64,000 bases of DNA from a bacterium (GCA_963675755.2 CAXXMD010000001.1:160001-224000); one strand, 5' to 3'. Numbered from the stretch's first letter, positions 22,475-34,028 are shown. A program made the numbers and translations. The notes: generated by a model not told the origin, from the sequence alone.

Positions 22475-23113
22475 TTGGGACAAAAAACTAACCCAGTCGG
22501 TTTCAGACTTGGAGTTATCCGCACCTGGGATTCCAAGTGGTTCGATGAAAAGAATTTTGCCCACAAATTAAGTGAAGACTTGATGTTGAGACGCTACGTT
22601 CAAAATAGATTGCAACGGGCAAGTGTTTCCAAGATTGAAGTTGAACGTACGGCAAAGCAAATTACATTGACCATCCATACTGCACGTCCTGGTATTGTTA
22701 TTGGACGTAAAGGTGCAGAAGTGGACAAGCTGAAAGAAGAGTTACAGCGTGTAACCGGTATGGATGTTCAAATTAATATCAATGAAATTAAACGTCCTGA
22801 ATTAGATGCTTATTTGGTGGCTACAAATATTGCAAATCAATTGGCCGGTAAAATATCTTTTCGCCGTGCTATGAAAAAAGCCATCATGTCAGCAATGCGA
22901 ATGGGTGCTGAAGGTATCCGTATTTGTTGCTCAGGTCGACTTGGTGGTGCAGAAATGGCACGTACCGAACAATATAAAAACGGCCGTATTCCTTTGCACA
23001 CTCTACGTGCAGATATAGACTTTGCACGTACAACCGCACATACAACTTATGGCGCCATTGGTGTTAAAGTGTGGATTTGCAAAGGTGAAGTAATTGGTGA
23101 TGTATCCGAATGA
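22475..23113 (+). CDS. rpsC: 30S ribosomal protein S3
   Basis: [25 protein letters not shown]; TTG start. Confidence 0.99.
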   Translation: MGQKTNPVGFRLGVIRTWDSKWFDEKNFAHKLSEDLMLRRYVQNRLQRASVSKIEVERTAKQITLTIHTARPGIVIGRKGAEVDKLKEELQRVTGMDVQININEIKRPELDAYLVATNIANQLAGKISFRRAMKKAIMSAMRMGAEGIRICCSGRLGGAEMARTEQYKNGRIPLHTLRADIDFARTTAHTTYGAIGVKVWICKGEVIGDVSE

Positions 23114-23134
23114 TTTTAATGGAGCGATAATCCA

Positions 23135-23554
23135 ATGTTAATGCCAAAAAGAATCAAATATAGAAAAGTTCATCGCGGAAATCGTAAGGGTAAGGCTATC
23201 CGTGGTTCTCAGATTTCTTTCGGAAAATATGGTCTGAAAGCAATGGAACCACACTGGATCACAGCCCGTCAGATTGAAGCTGCTCGTATTGCGATGACTC
23301 GTTATGTAAAACGTACTGGTAAAGTATGGATAAGAATATTCCCTGACAAACCTATTACCAAAAAACCTGCAGAAACTCGTATGGGTAAAGGTAAAGGTGC
23401 ACCGGAATATTGGGTAGCCAATGTAAAACCTGGACGTATTATGTTTGAGCTTGATGGTGTGTCTGAAGAACAGGCACGTGAAGCACTGCGTTTAGCAGCG
23501 CACAAGCTCCCCGTAAAAACAAAATTTGTCATGGTTGCAGAGACTGGAGAATAA
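23135..23554 (+). CDS. rplP: 50S ribosomal protein L16
   Basis: MLMPKR, RMGKGKG. Confidence 0.99.
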   Translation: MLMPKRIKYRKVHRGNRKGKAIRGSQISFGKYGLKAMEPHWITARQIEAARIAMTRYVKRTGKVWIRIFPDKPITKKPAETRMGKGKGAPEYWVANVKPGRIMFELDGVSEEQAREALRLAAHKLPVKTKFVMVAETGE

Positions 23555-23558
23555 TGCA

Positions 23559-23750
23559 ATGAAAATTGATGAATTGCGGCAATTATCTGCTGAAGATTTA
23601 AAAATTCAGTTGGAAGATGCGATGGAAGAAATGGAAAACCTGCGTTTTCAACATTCTACCCATCAGCTTGATAATCCACTGTTGATTAGATATAAACGTA
23701 AAGAAATTGCACGTATCAAGACTTTAATTACTGAAAGTTCAAATAATTAA
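23559..23750 (+). CDS. rpmC: 50S ribosomal protein L29 (start corrected to ATG 23559)
   Basis: MKIDELRQLS...NLRFQ...RKEIARIKT. Confidence 0.95.
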   Translation: MKIDELRQLSAEDLKIQLEDAMEEMENLRFQHSTHQLDNPLLIRYKRKEIARIKTLITESSNN

Positions 23751-23783
23751 GCCGTTAAAATAAATTTGGCTTGGAGAATTTAA

Positions 23784-24041
23784 GTGGAAGAAAGAAATTT
23801 TAGAAAGTCTATTGTTGGTGTTGTTGCCTCTGATAAGATGGACAAAAGCCGGGTTATTGTTGTTGAGCGCAACATTATGCATCCACTTTACAAGAAATTT
23901 GTAAAGAAAACTTCTAAATTTATGGCTCATGATGAAAACAACGAAAGCCATATTGGTGATACCGTCCGTTTGATGGAAACTCGTCCTTTAAGCAAAAGAA
24001 AACGTTGGCGGTTAGTTGAAATCGTTGAACGTGCCAAATAA
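23784..24041 (+). CDS. rpsQ: 30S ribosomal protein S17
   Basis: [23 protein letters not shown]; GTG start. Confidence 0.98.
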   Translation: MEERNFRKSIVGVVASDKMDKSRVIVVERNIMHPLYKKFVKKTSKFMAHDENNESHIGDTVRLMETRPLSKRKRWRLVEIVERAK

Positions 24042-24080
24042 TTGAATTTAAGCTAAACCGCGTAGAGAAGGATTGCAACA

Positions 24081-24449
24081 ATGATTCAAGAATATAGCAA
24101 ACTCAATGTCGCAGACAATACTGGTGCTAAAAAAGTTATGTGCATCAAGGTTTTGGGTGGCAGTAAAAGACGCTATGCAACAGTAGGCGATGTAATCATC
24201 GTATCTGTCAAACAGGCAATGCCTAACGGAACCGTTAAAAAAGGTGATAAAAGTAAAGCGGTTATTGTTCGTACCAAGAAAGAAAATCGCCGTAAAGATG
24301 GTTCTTATATCAGGTTTGATGAAAATGCAGCAGTATTGATCAATGATGCTTTGGAACCCAGAGGTAGTCGTATCTTTGGACCAGTTGCTCGTGAATTGCG
24401 TGAAAAAGAATTCATGAAAATCGTATCGTTGGCACCAGAAGTATTGTAA
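24081..24449 (+). CDS. rplN: 50S ribosomal protein L14
   Basis: [18 protein letters not shown]. Confidence 0.99.
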   Translation: MIQEYSKLNVADNTGAKKVMCIKVLGGSKRRYATVGDVIIVSVKQAMPNGTVKKGDKSKAVIVRTKKENRRKDGSYIRFDENAAVLINDALEPRGSRIFGPVARELREKEFMKIVSLAPEVL

Positions 24450-24482
24450 TTTGAATAATTTATCAAATAATCGGATAATATC

Positions 24483-24809
24483 ATGCGTGTAAGAAAAAAC
24501 GATCAAGTATTGGTAATAGCTGGAGAACAAAAGGGAACTAAAGGTAAAGTTCTCAAAGTTTACCCAGAGTCCAATAGAATAATTGTTGAAGGTGTTAATT
24601 TCATAAAGAAACATACAAGACCTTCACAACAGAACCCTCAGGGTGGCATTGTTGAAAAAGAAGCACCTATTCATGTGTCAAACGTAATGGTTCTTTGCCC
24701 CAAAACCGGTGTACCAACACGGTTGGGTTCAAATGAGATATTTGATGAGTCACGCAAAAAAAACAAGCGTGTACGCATTTGCAAAAAAAGTGGTGAAATG
24801 ATCGTTTAG
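24483..24809 (+). CDS. rplX: 50S ribosomal protein L24
   Basis: KOW motif, EAPIHVSNV. Confidence 0.98.
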   Translation: MRVRKNDQVLVIAGEQKGTKGKVLKVYPESNRIIVEGVNFIKKHTRPSQQNPQGGIVEKEAPIHVSNVMVLCPKTGVPTRLGSNEIFDESRKKNKRVRICKKSGEMIV

Positions 24810-24833
24810 GTCAAAATTGGTGGAATAATAATA

Positions 24834-25394
24834 ATGGCAAAACAAGATTACAAACCAAGGTTAATCGACGTCTATAAGAACCAAATTGCAGCTCAGATGC
24901 AAAAAAAGTTCGAGTACGGCAATGTTATGGAAATTCCTAAACTTGAAAAAATAGTACTCAATATGGGTGTAGGCGAAGGTACCGAAAGTGCAAAAAATGT
25001 TGATACTGCAATGGAAGACTTGATCAAAATTGCAGGTCAAAAACCAGTAATTCGTCGTGCCAAGAAATCCATATCAAATTTTAAATTACGCCAGGGCATG
25101 CCGGTAGGCTGCAGTGTAACACTGAGACGTAATCATATGTATGAATTCTTGGACCGTTTAATTTCTGTCGCTATTCCTCGTGTACGTGATTTTCGGGGAT
25201 TGCCGGTAAAATTCGATGGACGCGGTAATTATAACATGTCAGTAAAGGAACAATTGGTGTTCCCTGAAATTGATTATGATAAAATTGATAAAATTCGCGG
25301 ATTTAATATTACCATCGTTACAACGGCCAAAACAGATGAAGAAGCATTCGAATTGTTGAGTGCTTTTGGAATGCCGTTTGTTAAAAAGTCTTAA
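24834..25394 (+). CDS. rplE: 50S ribosomal protein L5
   Basis: [25 protein letters not shown]. Confidence 0.98.
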   Translation: MAKQDYKPRLIDVYKNQIAAQMQKKFEYGNVMEIPKLEKIVLNMGVGEGTESAKNVDTAMEDLIKIAGQKPVIRRAKKSISNFKLRQGMPVGCSVTLRRNHMYEFLDRLISVAIPRVRDFRGLPVKFDGRGNYNMSVKEQLVFPEIDYDKIDKIRGFNITIVTTAKTDEEAFELLSAFGMPFVKKS

Positions 25395-25410
25395 AAGGTG
25401 AGGAGTTATC

Positions 25411-25596
25411 TTGGCAAAGAAAGCATTGATCGTTAAGGCAAATAATGAGCCTAAATTTAAAGTCAGGAAATACAATCGCTGTTCCAGATGCGGTCGTCCT
25501 CGGGCATATTACCGCAAGTTTGGTGTATGTCGTTTATGTTTGCGCGATTTAGCCCTGGAAGGAAAGATTCCTGGCGTTATCAAAGCAAGTTGGTAA
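25411..25596 (+). CDS. rpsN: 30S ribosomal protein S14, Zn-binding type Z
   Basis: 61 aa with CSRC...CRLC; TTG start. Confidence 0.97.
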   Translation: MAKKALIVKANNEPKFKVRKYNRCSRCGRPRAYYRKFGVCRLCLRDLALEGKIPGVIKASW

Positions 25597-25654
25597 TTAA
25601 TAATTAAATCCATTAGTAATTGTTTACGATTAAGGGTTGTTAGGGAGAACTTAA

Positions 25655-26053
25655 ATGTCTAAAACTGATCCCATCGCTGATTATCTGACAAGAATCAGAA
25701 ATGCGAGTAGGGCTAAACATCGTAAAGTCGATATTCCGGCTTCGAGCTTGAAAAAACAAATAACAAAAATATTACAAGAAGAAGCCTATATAAAGAATCA
25801 TTTGATTATTGAAGATGGTAAACAGTCCTTAATTCGCATTTATTTGAGATATAATGAAAGTAATGAGCCCATTATCTCGGGTTTGAAGCGAATCAGTAAG
25901 CCTGGTTATAGAAGATATGTTGGTAAAGATAGAGTGCCACGTGTATTTAATAACCTTGGTGTAGCCATCATGACGACTTCTCATGGTGTAATGACCGGCC
26001 AGGAAGCCCGTAAAAAGGGTATTGGCGGTGAAATTTTATGTTACGTTTGGTAA
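25655..26053 (+). CDS. rpsH: 30S ribosomal protein S8
   Basis: [22 protein letters not shown]. Confidence 0.98.
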   Translation: MSKTDPIADYLTRIRNASRAKHRKVDIPASSLKKQITKILQEEAYIKNHLIIEDGKQSLIRIYLRYNESNEPIISGLKRISKPGYRRYVGKDRVPRVFNNLGVAIMTTSHGVMTGQEARKKGIGGEILCYVW

Positions 26054-26074
26054 AACGCTAATTAGGAGATTATT

Positions 26075-26617
26075 GTGTCACGAATTGGAAAACTTCCAAT
26101 AATAGTTCCCGAAGATGTGAATGTTACAATCACGGGAAACGCTATCACAGCAAAGGGCCCAAAGGGCGAGTTGTCTGTTGATGTCCATCCGGAAATGATA
26201 ATTTCATTTGAAGACGGTCAAATTGCTGTCAAGCGTCCGTCCGACGGAAAAATTCATCGCGAATTACATGGACTTTCACGCTCTTTGGTTAGTAATATTG
26301 TTGAAGGTGTGAAAACCGGTTTTGAAAAGCGCCTGGAAATAGTTGGCGTGGGATACCGTGCAGAGATGAAAGACACCAAACTTATTCTTTCTCTTGGTTT
26401 TTCTCACCAGATCATATTTGTACCCCCTGAAAACATTGAAATTGCTGTTGAAGGAAAAGGAAACAATACGATTATTGTCAAAGGGATTAAGAAAGAACTG
26501 GTTGGCCAGGTTGCTGCAAAGATTCGGTCTTTCAGACCACCCGAACCTTATAAAGGTAAAGGTGTAAGATATGCGAATGAAGTTGTACGTAAAAAAGCTG
26601 GTAAGACAGCAAAATAA
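26075..26617 (+). CDS. rplF: 50S ribosomal protein L6
   Basis: SRIGKLP, RPPEPYKGKG. Confidence 0.98.
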   Translation: MSRIGKLPIIVPEDVNVTITGNAITAKGPKGELSVDVHPEMIISFEDGQIAVKRPSDGKIHRELHGLSRSLVSNIVEGVKTGFEKRLEIVGVGYRAEMKDTKLILSLGFSHQIIFVPPENIEIAVEGKGNNTIIVKGIKKELVGQVAAKIRSFRPPEPYKGKGVRYANEVVRKKAGKTAK

Positions 26618-26657
26618 ACGTATAATAACCAGATAATTATTAATCAGAGATAAGAAA

Positions 26658-27032
26658 ATGGCAAATAATACTAGTATAAAGAAATTGGCTCGTGAACGTC
26701 GCCGCAAACACATCCGCAAAAATTTGAGCGGAACAGCTGAAAAACCAAGACTGGTGGTTTTTCGTAGTAATAAGCAGATTTATGGTCAGATCATTGATGA
26801 TGTAAGTCGTAGCACTTTGATTTCTGCTTCCAGTCAATCAAAAGAAATTGCTGCAGATGTTCAAAAAGCTAAAAGTAAAACTGAAGTTGCTCAAATTGTA
26901 GGTAAATATTTGGCTGAACAGGCAGTTCAGAAAAAACTGTCTACGGTTGTTTTTGATCGTGCCGGATATATTTACCATGGCCGTGTTAAAGCTTTTGCAG
27001 ATGGTGCAAGAGAAGGCGGATTGAAATTTTAA
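26658..27032 (+). CDS. rplR: 50S ribosomal protein L18
   Basis: [22 protein letters not shown]. Confidence 0.98.
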   Translation: MANNTSIKKLARERRRKHIRKNLSGTAEKPRLVVFRSNKQIYGQIIDDVSRSTLISASSQSKEIAADVQKAKSKTEVAQIVGKYLAEQAVQKKLSTVVFDRAGYIYHGRVKAFADGAREGGLKF

Positions 27033-27056
27033 GATAATTGAAATTCAAGGTGTAAA

Positions 27057-27605
27057 ATGAAAAATCGCGTGGAAAAAATAAATCCCAACGAATTGGATTT
27101 GACTGAAAAGGTTGTTCATGTTAACCGTGTTGCCAAAGTAGTCAAGGGTGGTCGACGCTTCAGTTTTAACGCTATTGTTGTTGTTGGTGATGGCAATGGA
27201 CATGTAGGAATTGGGTTAGGTAAAGCCAACGAGGTTACCGACTGTATTTCTAAAGGTGTTGAAGCTGCCAAAAAGAACCTGAAATCAGTTCCCTTGATTA
27301 ATGGTACTATAACTCATGAAATTGAAGGCAAATACGGTGCAGGTAAAGTATTTTTAAAACCAGCTTCTCCTGGTACAGGTGTAATTGCTGGTGGTCCTGT
27401 ACGTGCAATTATGGAAGCTGTTGGTGTTAAAGATGTTTTAACAAAAAGCCGTGGTTCTGCTAATCCACATAATGTTGTTAAAGCAACAATGAATGCCCTG
27501 GAATCATTAATGGATGTACAATCCATTGCTAGAAAACGCAATATGACTGTTATGCGTGTTTTCAATACCGTACCTAAAGTACAGCCGGTTGAAGAGAGTG
27601 AATAA
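27057..27605 (+). CDS. rpsE: 30S ribosomal protein S5
   Basis: [23 protein letters not shown]. Confidence 0.98.
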   Translation: MKNRVEKINPNELDLTEKVVHVNRVAKVVKGGRRFSFNAIVVVGDGNGHVGIGLGKANEVTDCISKGVEAAKKNLKSVPLINGTITHEIEGKYGAGKVFLKPASPGTGVIAGGPVRAIMEAVGVKDVLTKSRGSANPHNVVKATMNALESLMDVQSIARKRNMTVMRVFNTVPKVQPVEESE

Positions 27606-27630
27606 GATTTAATTTTTGGGAAAAACCAAG

Positions 27631-27822
27631 ATGGCAAAAAAAACAAAAAGAATTAAAATTACTTTGGTACGCAGTACCATTGGCCGACTGAAAAAGCAAA
27701 AAGATACAGCTATTGCTCTTGGCCTAAGTAAGGTAAATAAAACTGTTGAACATGATGATTCACCCGTTATTCGTGGAATGGTGAACCGTATTTCGCATCT
27801 TGTTCAGGTAGAAGAAGTATAA
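27631..27822 (+). CDS. rpmD: 50S ribosomal protein L30 (start corrected to ATG 27631)
   Basis: [17 protein letters not shown]. Confidence 0.95.
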   Translation: MAKKTKRIKITLVRSTIGRLKKQKDTAIALGLSKVNKTVEHDDSPVIRGMVNRISHLVQVEEV

Positions 27823-27854
27823 ATTATCAATTTGTATAAAGGACTAGCGCGAAA

Positions 27855-28286
27855 ATGGATTTATCAACTTTAACATATGCCCCGGGTTCAAGAAAAAATA
27901 GAAAACGCGTAGGCCGAGGTGGCGCTCACGGTAAAACTTCTTGTCGTGGTCATAATGGTCAGCGGTCCCGTTCCGGCTCTAAAAGACGTTTATGGTTTGA
28001 AGGTGGTCAAATGCCTATCATGCGTCGTTTACCGAAACGTGGTTTTTACAGTTTCACCCGGAAAGATGTGCAAATCGTTAATCTTGCTGATTTGATCAAG
28101 ATTCAAGCTGAAGAAATCACTCCTGAAATTTTGTTGGAAAATGGATTGATTCGTAAAATTGATGTTCCTGTTAAAGTATTAGGCGATGGTGAATTGACAG
28201 GCAAGATCTCTGTCACCGCCAACGCTTTTAGCAAATCTGCAAAGGAAAAAATTGAAGCTGCTGGCGGGAGGGCTACAGAATTATGA
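27855..28286 (+). CDS. rplO: 50S ribosomal protein L15
   Basis: RVGRG, FEGGQMP, RLPKRGF. Confidence 0.98.
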   Translation: MDLSTLTYAPGSRKNRKRVGRGGAHGKTSCRGHNGQRSRSGSKRRLWFEGGQMPIMRRLPKRGFYSFTRKDVQIVNLADLIKIQAEEITPEILLENGLIRKIDVPVKVLGDGELTGKISVTANAFSKSAKEKIEAAGGRATEL

Positions 28287-29617
28287 TGGAAAATGTTAAA
28301 AACATTTTCAAGATTCCGGAACTGCGCAAAAAGATCCTGTTTACTGCCATTATCCTTGTAGTTTATCGTGTTGGTGGTCATATTCCGGTACCCGGTATCA
28401 ATGCACCTGCATTATTAGAATATTTCGAGCAGGCACAAAGAGGGCTGTTAGGTTTATACGATCTCTTTGCCGGCGGTGCATTTAAACGCGCTACTATTTT
28501 CGCATTGGGTATTATGCCCTATATTTCCGCATCCATTATTATTCAATTATTGGGTGCCGTTGTTCCTTATTTTCAGAAATTGCAAAAAGAAGGTGAACAG
28601 GGACGTAAGAAAATTACCCAACTCACCCGTTATGGAACTGTTGCTATTTCTGCAATGCAGGGATTCGGTGTGAGTGTTTTCCTCGAATCTATTGGTTATT
28701 CACCTGTTACCGGTCAATTGGTAGTTCCTATGCCAGGTTTTGGTTTCAGACTTTTAACCATGTTGACACTTGCAAGTGGTACTGTAATCATCATGTGGCT
28801 TGGTGAATTGATTACTGAACGTGGAATTGGAAATGGTATTTCTTTGATCATCTTTATTGGTATCATTGCTCGTTTCCCCAATTCCATTTTTAATGAAATT
28901 CAGTCTGTCGCAAGCGGTACTCGTCCGTTAATCACAGAACTTGTATTGTGGGCCATTTTCATCATCACAGTTTGGTGTACAGTTGCTTTGACTCAAGGTA
29001 CCCGCAAGATACCTGTGCAATATGCAAAGCGTGTTGTTGGTCGTAAAGTTTATGGTGGACAACGCACACATATTCCTCTTCGTGTGAATACTGCCGGTGT
29101 TATGCCCATCATTTTCGCCCAATCAATATTGTTTGTACCCCAAACAATTATGCAATTTTTTCCAAACAGTGACTTTGTAGCTTCTATGAATATGCTGTTT
29201 GATTATCAATCATGGACTTATTGGATTATCTATGGTTTGATGATTGTATTCTTTACTTATTTTTATACTGCAATAGCTTTTAACCCAATTGATGTTGCAG
29301 ATAATATGAAAAAACAGGGAGGATTTATTCCCGGTGTTAGACCTGGAAAAAAGACTTCTGAATATATTGATCATATTTTAACAAGAATCACCTTGCCCGG
29401 TTCTATTGCATTGGCTTTGATTGCAATTTTACCTTCTATTGTATCAAAGTTTGGTCATGTTAATTATGACTTTGCCAGCTTTTACGGTGGTACATCATTA
29501 CTCATCGTTGTTGGTGTAGCTCTTGATACTCTGCAACAGATTGAATCACATCTGTTGATGCGTCACTATGACGGATTTATGAAAACCGGCAAGATTAAAG
29601 GTAGACGTAGATTCTAA
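28283..29617 (+). CDS. secY: Preprotein translocase SecY
   Basis: LGIMPYISASII, GIGNGISL, IPGVRPG, GGTSLLIVVGV. Confidence 0.99.
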   Translation: MMENVKNIFKIPELRKKILFTAIILVVYRVGGHIPVPGINAPALLEYFEQAQRGLLGLYDLFAGGAFKRATIFALGIMPYISASIIIQLLGAVVPYFQKLQKEGEQGRKKITQLTRYGTVAISAMQGFGVSVFLESIGYSPVTGQLVVPMPGFGFRLLTMLTLASGTVIIMWLGELITERGIGNGISLIIFIGIIARFPNSIFNEIQSVASGTRPLITELVLWAIFIITVWCTVALTQGTRKIPVQYAKRVVGRKVYGGQRTHIPLRVNTAGVMPIIFAQSILFVPQTIMQFFPNSDFVASMNMLFDYQSWTYWIIYGLMIVFFTYFYTAIAFNPIDVADNMKKQGGFIPGVRPGKKTSEYIDHILTRITLPGSIALALIAILPSIVSKFGHVNYDFASFYGGTSLLIVVGVALDTLQQIESHLLMRHYDGFMKTGKIKGRRRF

Positions 29618-29627
29618 AAAACAGGAA

Positions 29628-30284
29628 ATGACTGGAATGAGAACGATATTTTTAGGTGCACCCGGAACCGGTAAAGGAACCCAGGCATCTGTTTTAGCTG
29701 AAAAATATTCTATTCCCCAGATTTCTACCGGAGACATCTTGAGACAAGCTGTTAAAGATGGTACAGAACTGGGTAAAAAAGCAAAATCAATTATGGAATC
29801 TGGTGGTCTTGTATCTGATGAAATTATAATTGGATTGATTGAAGAACGTCTGGAACAAGATGATTGTAAGAATGGTTATATTCTGGACGGTTTTCCACGT
29901 ACTATTGCTCAAGCCGAAAGTCTTGATGCTTTATTAACCGAAGCAAAACCCATTGAAGCGGTTATTTATTTTGATGTACCGGAAGATGAAATCATTAAAA
30001 GATTAACCAGCCGACGTACTTGTAATAAATGTGGTTACAATTACAACATGATAACTGATCCTCCACCAGCTGATAATGTGTGTAAATTTTGTGGTGGTGA
30101 GGTAATACAACGTGATGACGATAAAGAAGATACTGTTAGAAATCGTTTGGTTGTATATCATGAAAAAACTGCTCCTTTGAAATCATATTATGAAGAGCAG
30201 GGTAAATTAAAATCTGTAGATGCAAGTCAACAAGTTGATAAAGTACGTGTTGAATTGGTTGACATTTACGAAAATTTGAGATAA
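29628..30284 (+). CDS. adk: Adenylate kinase (Zn-lid type)
   Basis: GAPGTGKGT, LDGFPRT, CNKC..CKFC. Confidence 0.97.
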   Translation: MTGMRTIFLGAPGTGKGTQASVLAEKYSIPQISTGDILRQAVKDGTELGKKAKSIMESGGLVSDEIIIGLIEERLEQDDCKNGYILDGFPRTIAQAESLDALLTEAKPIEAVIYFDVPEDEIIKRLTSRRTCNKCGYNYNMITDPPPADNVCKFCGGEVIQRDDDKEDTVRNRLVVYHEKTAPLKSYYEEQGKLKSVDASQQVDKVRVELVDIYENLR

Positions 30285-30287
30285 ATT

Positions 30288-31037
30288 ATGATTCATATAC
30301 GGAGTAAACGCGAAATTGATTTATTAAGAGCCAGTGCCAGAATTGTTGCTGAAGCTCTGAAAATGATTGAATCTCGTGTTACTCCCGGTGTTTCAACAGA
30401 GGACTTGGATAAGGAAATTGAAGATTTTATCCGTTCTAAAAATGCCAGACCCGCATTTAAAGGATTCAACGGTTTTCCTGCAAGTTCCTGTATCTCTATC
30501 GATGATCAAGTTGTACATGGAATACCTGGCAAGCGAATTTTAAAAGAAGGTGAAATAATAAGCATTGATATTGGTGTTGAACTCAATGGTTATTATGGAG
30601 ATGCTGCTAAAACATTCCCTGTAGGGCAAATCGATGAAGAAAAAAAGCGGTTGTTAAAAATCACTGAAGAATCACTTTACATTGGAATTGAAGCCGCTAT
30701 TGAAGGAAATCGTCTTTCTGATATAGGCCATGCTATTCAAGCACATGTAGAAAAAGCAGGTTACTCTGTTGTACGTGATCTTGTTGGACATGGAATTGGT
30801 ACTGAAATGTGGGAAGAACCACAGATACCTAACTATGGTGTACCCAATCAGGGACCGCGCTTAAAGTCAGGAATGGTATTCGCTATTGAGCCGATGGTAA
30901 ATGTTGGTACATATGATGTACAAACTGAAGCGGATAACTGGACGATTGTAACTCAAGATGGAAAACCATCGGCACATTTTGAACATGATATTGTGATTAA
31001 TGATGGTAAAGCTGAAATATTGAGCGCCGATCTATAA
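30288..31037 (+). CDS. map: Methionine aminopeptidase type I
   Basis: VHGIP, GHGIG, AIEPM, SAHFEH. Confidence 0.97.
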   Translation: MIHIRSKREIDLLRASARIVAEALKMIESRVTPGVSTEDLDKEIEDFIRSKNARPAFKGFNGFPASSCISIDDQVVHGIPGKRILKEGEIISIDIGVELNGYYGDAAKTFPVGQIDEEKKRLLKITEESLYIGIEAAIEGNRLSDIGHAIQAHVEKAGYSVVRDLVGHGIGTEMWEEPQIPNYGVPNQGPRLKSGMVFAIEPMVNVGTYDVQTEADNWTIVTQDGKPSAHFEHDIVINDGKAEILSADL

Positions 31038-31049
31038 AGGTAATTTTGT

Positions 31050-31268
31050 ATGGCTAAAGAATCAGCAATTAAAATTGATGGAACTATTTTAGAAACTTTA
31101 CCCAATGCTACATTTAAAGTAGAATTGGAAAATGGGCATGTAGTATTGGCCCATATCTCTGGTAAAATGAGAATGCATTTTATTAAAATTTTGCCAGGCG
31201 ATAAAGTGACTTGTGAGTTATCGCCTTACGATCTAAGTCGTGGTAGAATTATTTATCGTTACAAATAA
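31050..31268 (+). CDS. infA: Translation initiation factor IF-1
   Basis: [19 protein letters not shown]. Confidence 0.98.
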   Translation: MAKESAIKIDGTILETLPNATFKVELENGHVVLAHISGKMRMHFIKILPGDKVTCELSPYDLSRGRIIYRYK

Positions 31269-31306
31269 TACGCTGGTAAATGGAATATACAAGTTAGGTG
31301 CAAACC

Positions 31307-31423
31307 ATGAAAGTAAGAGCTTCGGTAAAAAAAATTTGTGAACACTGTAAAATCATAAGACGTAAAGGTGTTATTCGTGTCATTTGTGACCGTAACCCGA
31401 AACATAAACAACGTCAAGGATAA
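31307..31423 (+). CDS. rpmJ: 50S ribosomal protein L36; not in ORF track
   Basis: Manual translation [38 protein letters not shown]. Confidence 0.97.
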   Translation: MKVRASVKKICEHCKIIRRKGVIRVICDRNPKHKQRQG

Positions 31424-31456
31424 TTTTTTTAATCAAGTATAAAAAAGGAGTGAGTC

Positions 31457-31822
31457 TTGTCTCGTATAGCTGGTATTGATTTACCCCGGGATAAACGAAT
31501 TGAAGTAGCGCTGACCTATATTACGGGTATCGGTATGACAACATCTCAAAAGTTGTTGGAAAAAACCGGTATCGATCCTAATATTCGTGTGCGTGATATA
31601 ACCCCCGATCAGGTACAAAAAATTCGTGATGAAATTCAAAACAATTACAAGGTCGAAGGTGCGCTGCGTAGTGAAATCCATATGAATATTAAGCGACTGA
31701 TGGATATTGGCTGTTATCGTGGTCTTAGACATCGTCGTAATTTGCCGGTTCGCGGACAACGAACACATACAAATGCCCGTACCCGTCGTAATAAGAGATC
31801 GGCAGTTGGTGGTAAAAAGTAA
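31457..31822 (+). CDS. rpsM: 30S ribosomal protein S13
   Basis: [21 protein letters not shown]; TTG start. Confidence 0.98.
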   Translation: MSRIAGIDLPRDKRIEVALTYITGIGMTTSQKLLEKTGIDPNIRVRDITPDQVQKIRDEIQNNYKVEGALRSEIHMNIKRLMDIGCYRGLRHRRNLPVRGQRTHTNARTRRNKRSAVGGKK

Positions 31823-31861
31823 TTATAACCATTAAATGAATGTAATGTAAAGAGGTGTTAA

Positions 31862-32251
31862 TTGGCTAATCCAAGAAGAAGAACCACGAAAAAGAAAGAA
31901 AAAGTTGAAGCCAATGGTGTAGCTCATATCAAAGTGACATTTAACAATACAAATATCACATTGACAGACCAGTATGGCAATGTCATTTCGTGGGCAACAG
32001 CAGGTCGAGTTGGATTTAAAGGTTCACGTAAAAGTACTCCATTTGCGGCACAGATGGCCGCAGAGTCTGCTGCAAAAGAAGCAATGGATTTGGGTTTGAA
32101 ACGGGTTGAAGTATTAGTAAAAGGACCCGGTGCAGGCCGTGAAGCAGCTGTTCGTTCTTTGCAAGCTGCAGGATTAGAGATTACAGCTATTAAAGATTGT
32201 ACTCCTATTCCTCACAATGGTTGTCGGCCCCCAAAACGTCGGCGTGTATAA
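31862..32251 (+). CDS. rpsK: 30S ribosomal protein S11
   Basis: [24 protein letters not shown]; TTG start. Confidence 0.98.
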   Translation: MANPRRRTTKKKEKVEANGVAHIKVTFNNTNITLTDQYGNVISWATAGRVGFKGSRKSTPFAAQMAAESAAKEAMDLGLKRVEVLVKGPGAGREAAVRSLQAAGLEITAIKDCTPIPHNGCRPPKRRRV

Positions 32252-32316
32252 TTTTGAATTTGATTCTAAAGTGTGCGGAACCCGTTTCCGTTTGATCTGT
32301 TAGGAGGTTTATATAA

Positions 32317-32946
32317 ATGGCTAGACATACAGGCGCTGTCTGTAAAATTTGTCGTAGAGAAGGCATGAAGCTTTTTCTTAAAGGAAGCAAGTGCTCGTCT
32401 AATAAATGTACTTTTGATAAAAAAAGTTATGGTCCAGGACAGCATGGACAAAGAAGAAGTTTTAAACAATCTGAATATTCTATTCAGCTTCGTGAAAAAC
32501 AAAAAATTAAAAGAATGTATGGATTGCTGGAACGTCAATTCCGTAATTATTTTGAAAAAGCAGACCGTGCACAAGGTATTACCGGTGAAAATCTATTACA
32601 GATGCTCGAATGTCGTTTAGACAATGTAGTACATAGATTAGGTTTGGCACCATCAAGAATATCTGCACGTCAACTTGTTCGCCATAAACATATTTTGGTT
32701 AATGGTCGTCGGGTTGATATTCCGTCTTTTCAATTGCAAACCGGAGATGTAATAACTGTTGCAGAAAAAAGCCGCAAACTTGATATGATTCATGATTCTA
32801 TGAAAAGAGTTCGCGATGGTAAATTGGTTCCCTGGTTAACTTTGGATAAAGCCAAAATGGAAGGAACCGTTTTAGAAGCTCCAACACGTGATAGTATTCC
32901 GGTGAATGTGAATGAACAGTTGGTTGTAGAGTTGTATTCCAAATAA
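32317..32946 (+). CDS. rpsD: 30S ribosomal protein S4 (Zn-binding type)
   Basis: CKICRRE, GPGQHG, LECRLDNVV, VVELYSK. Confidence 0.98.
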   Translation: MARHTGAVCKICRREGMKLFLKGSKCSSNKCTFDKKSYGPGQHGQRRSFKQSEYSIQLREKQKIKRMYGLLERQFRNYFEKADRAQGITGENLLQMLECRLDNVVHRLGLAPSRISARQLVRHKHILVNGRRVDIPSFQLQTGDVITVAEKSRKLDMIHDSMKRVRDGKLVPWLTLDKAKMEGTVLEAPTRDSIPVNVNEQLVVELYSK

Positions 32947-32988
32947 CGTTTTCAATAGAAAAGTAAAATTAACGAATGGAGTTCATTT

Positions 32989-33990
32989 ATGGCTTTACCA
33001 AGTTTTCAAATGCCCGAAAGCATTGAACTGGATGAGTCAACATATAGCAATACATACGGCCGATTTATTGTGCAACCACTGGAAAGGGGTTTTGGTACAA
33101 CTATAGGAAATTCCCTGAGACGTGTATTACTATCCTCAATTCCAGGAACTGCTATTACCAGTTTTCGAATCGATAATAATAATGGTGAATCCATTTTACA
33201 CGAATTCAGTACTGTTGGTGGCGTTCAGGAAGATATTTCCGAGGTTGTTCTCAATTTAAAACAGGTAAAAATTAAATTGATTGAAAAACGACCAGAAAAA
33301 GTTGTTCTGGATGTTAAAGGCCCCGGTGAATTTACTGCTGCTGATATTCAGCAGGGATCACAGGAATTTGAAATTTTAAATCCTGATCTTCATATTGCTA
33401 CTTTGAATGATGAAGCTGATTTCAAATTGGAATTGCGTATTGGACGTGGTAGGGGTTATGTACCCTCTGAAGAAAATAAAATGCCCGATATGCCCATTGG
33501 TACTGTGCCAATTGATTCAATTTTTACACCGGTCACTCAAGTGACTTATCAAGTTGAAAATACTCGAGTTGGTCAAAAGACCGATTATGAAAAATTAATT
33601 CTTGAAATTAATACAGATGGCAGTATCACACCTGATGACGCCCTCAGTTATGCCGGTAAAATACTCAAGGACCATATTCAGCTATTTATCACTTTTGATG
33701 TTGACACTGAAGAAGAAGAAGTACCGGAAGTAGATGAAGAAGTAATCCGTATTCGCAGATTGTTGAACATGAGCGTTGATGAACTTGAACTCTCTGTTCG
33801 TTCTCATAACTGCTTGATGGCTGCAAATATTAAAACCATTTCAGATCTGGTAAGACGTGATGAGCAGGAAATGCTCAAATTCAGAAATTTTGGTCGTAAA
33901 TCTTTGACTGAATTAAACAAAATCCTGGAAGAAAAAGGTCTCCATTTTGGAATGGATATTGAAAAATATTTGAAAAAAGGTGAAGAATAG
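32989..33990 (+). CDS. rpoA: RNA polymerase alpha subunit
   Basis: PLERGFGTTIGNSLRRVLLSS, LELSVRS, NFGRKSL. Confidence 0.99.
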   Translation: MALPSFQMPESIELDESTYSNTYGRFIVQPLERGFGTTIGNSLRRVLLSSIPGTAITSFRIDNNNGESILHEFSTVGGVQEDISEVVLNLKQVKIKLIEKRPEKVVLDVKGPGEFTAADIQQGSQEFEILNPDLHIATLNDEADFKLELRIGRGRGYVPSEENKMPDMPIGTVPIDSIFTPVTQVTYQVENTRVGQKTDYEKLILEINTDGSITPDDALSYAGKILKDHIQLFITFDVDTEEEEVPEVDEEVIRIRRLLNMSVDELELSVRSHNCLMAANIKTISDLVRRDEQEMLKFRNFGRKSLTELNKILEEKGLHFGMDIEKYLKKGEE

Positions 33991-34028
33991 TATAGTTACT
34001 GAATATACTTAATTAGGGAAATGTATTC

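Noticed and set aside
25597-25654. Possible S8-binding hairpin before rpsH
   Set aside because: Only weak AU/GU pairing; I could not match the helix-21 mimic
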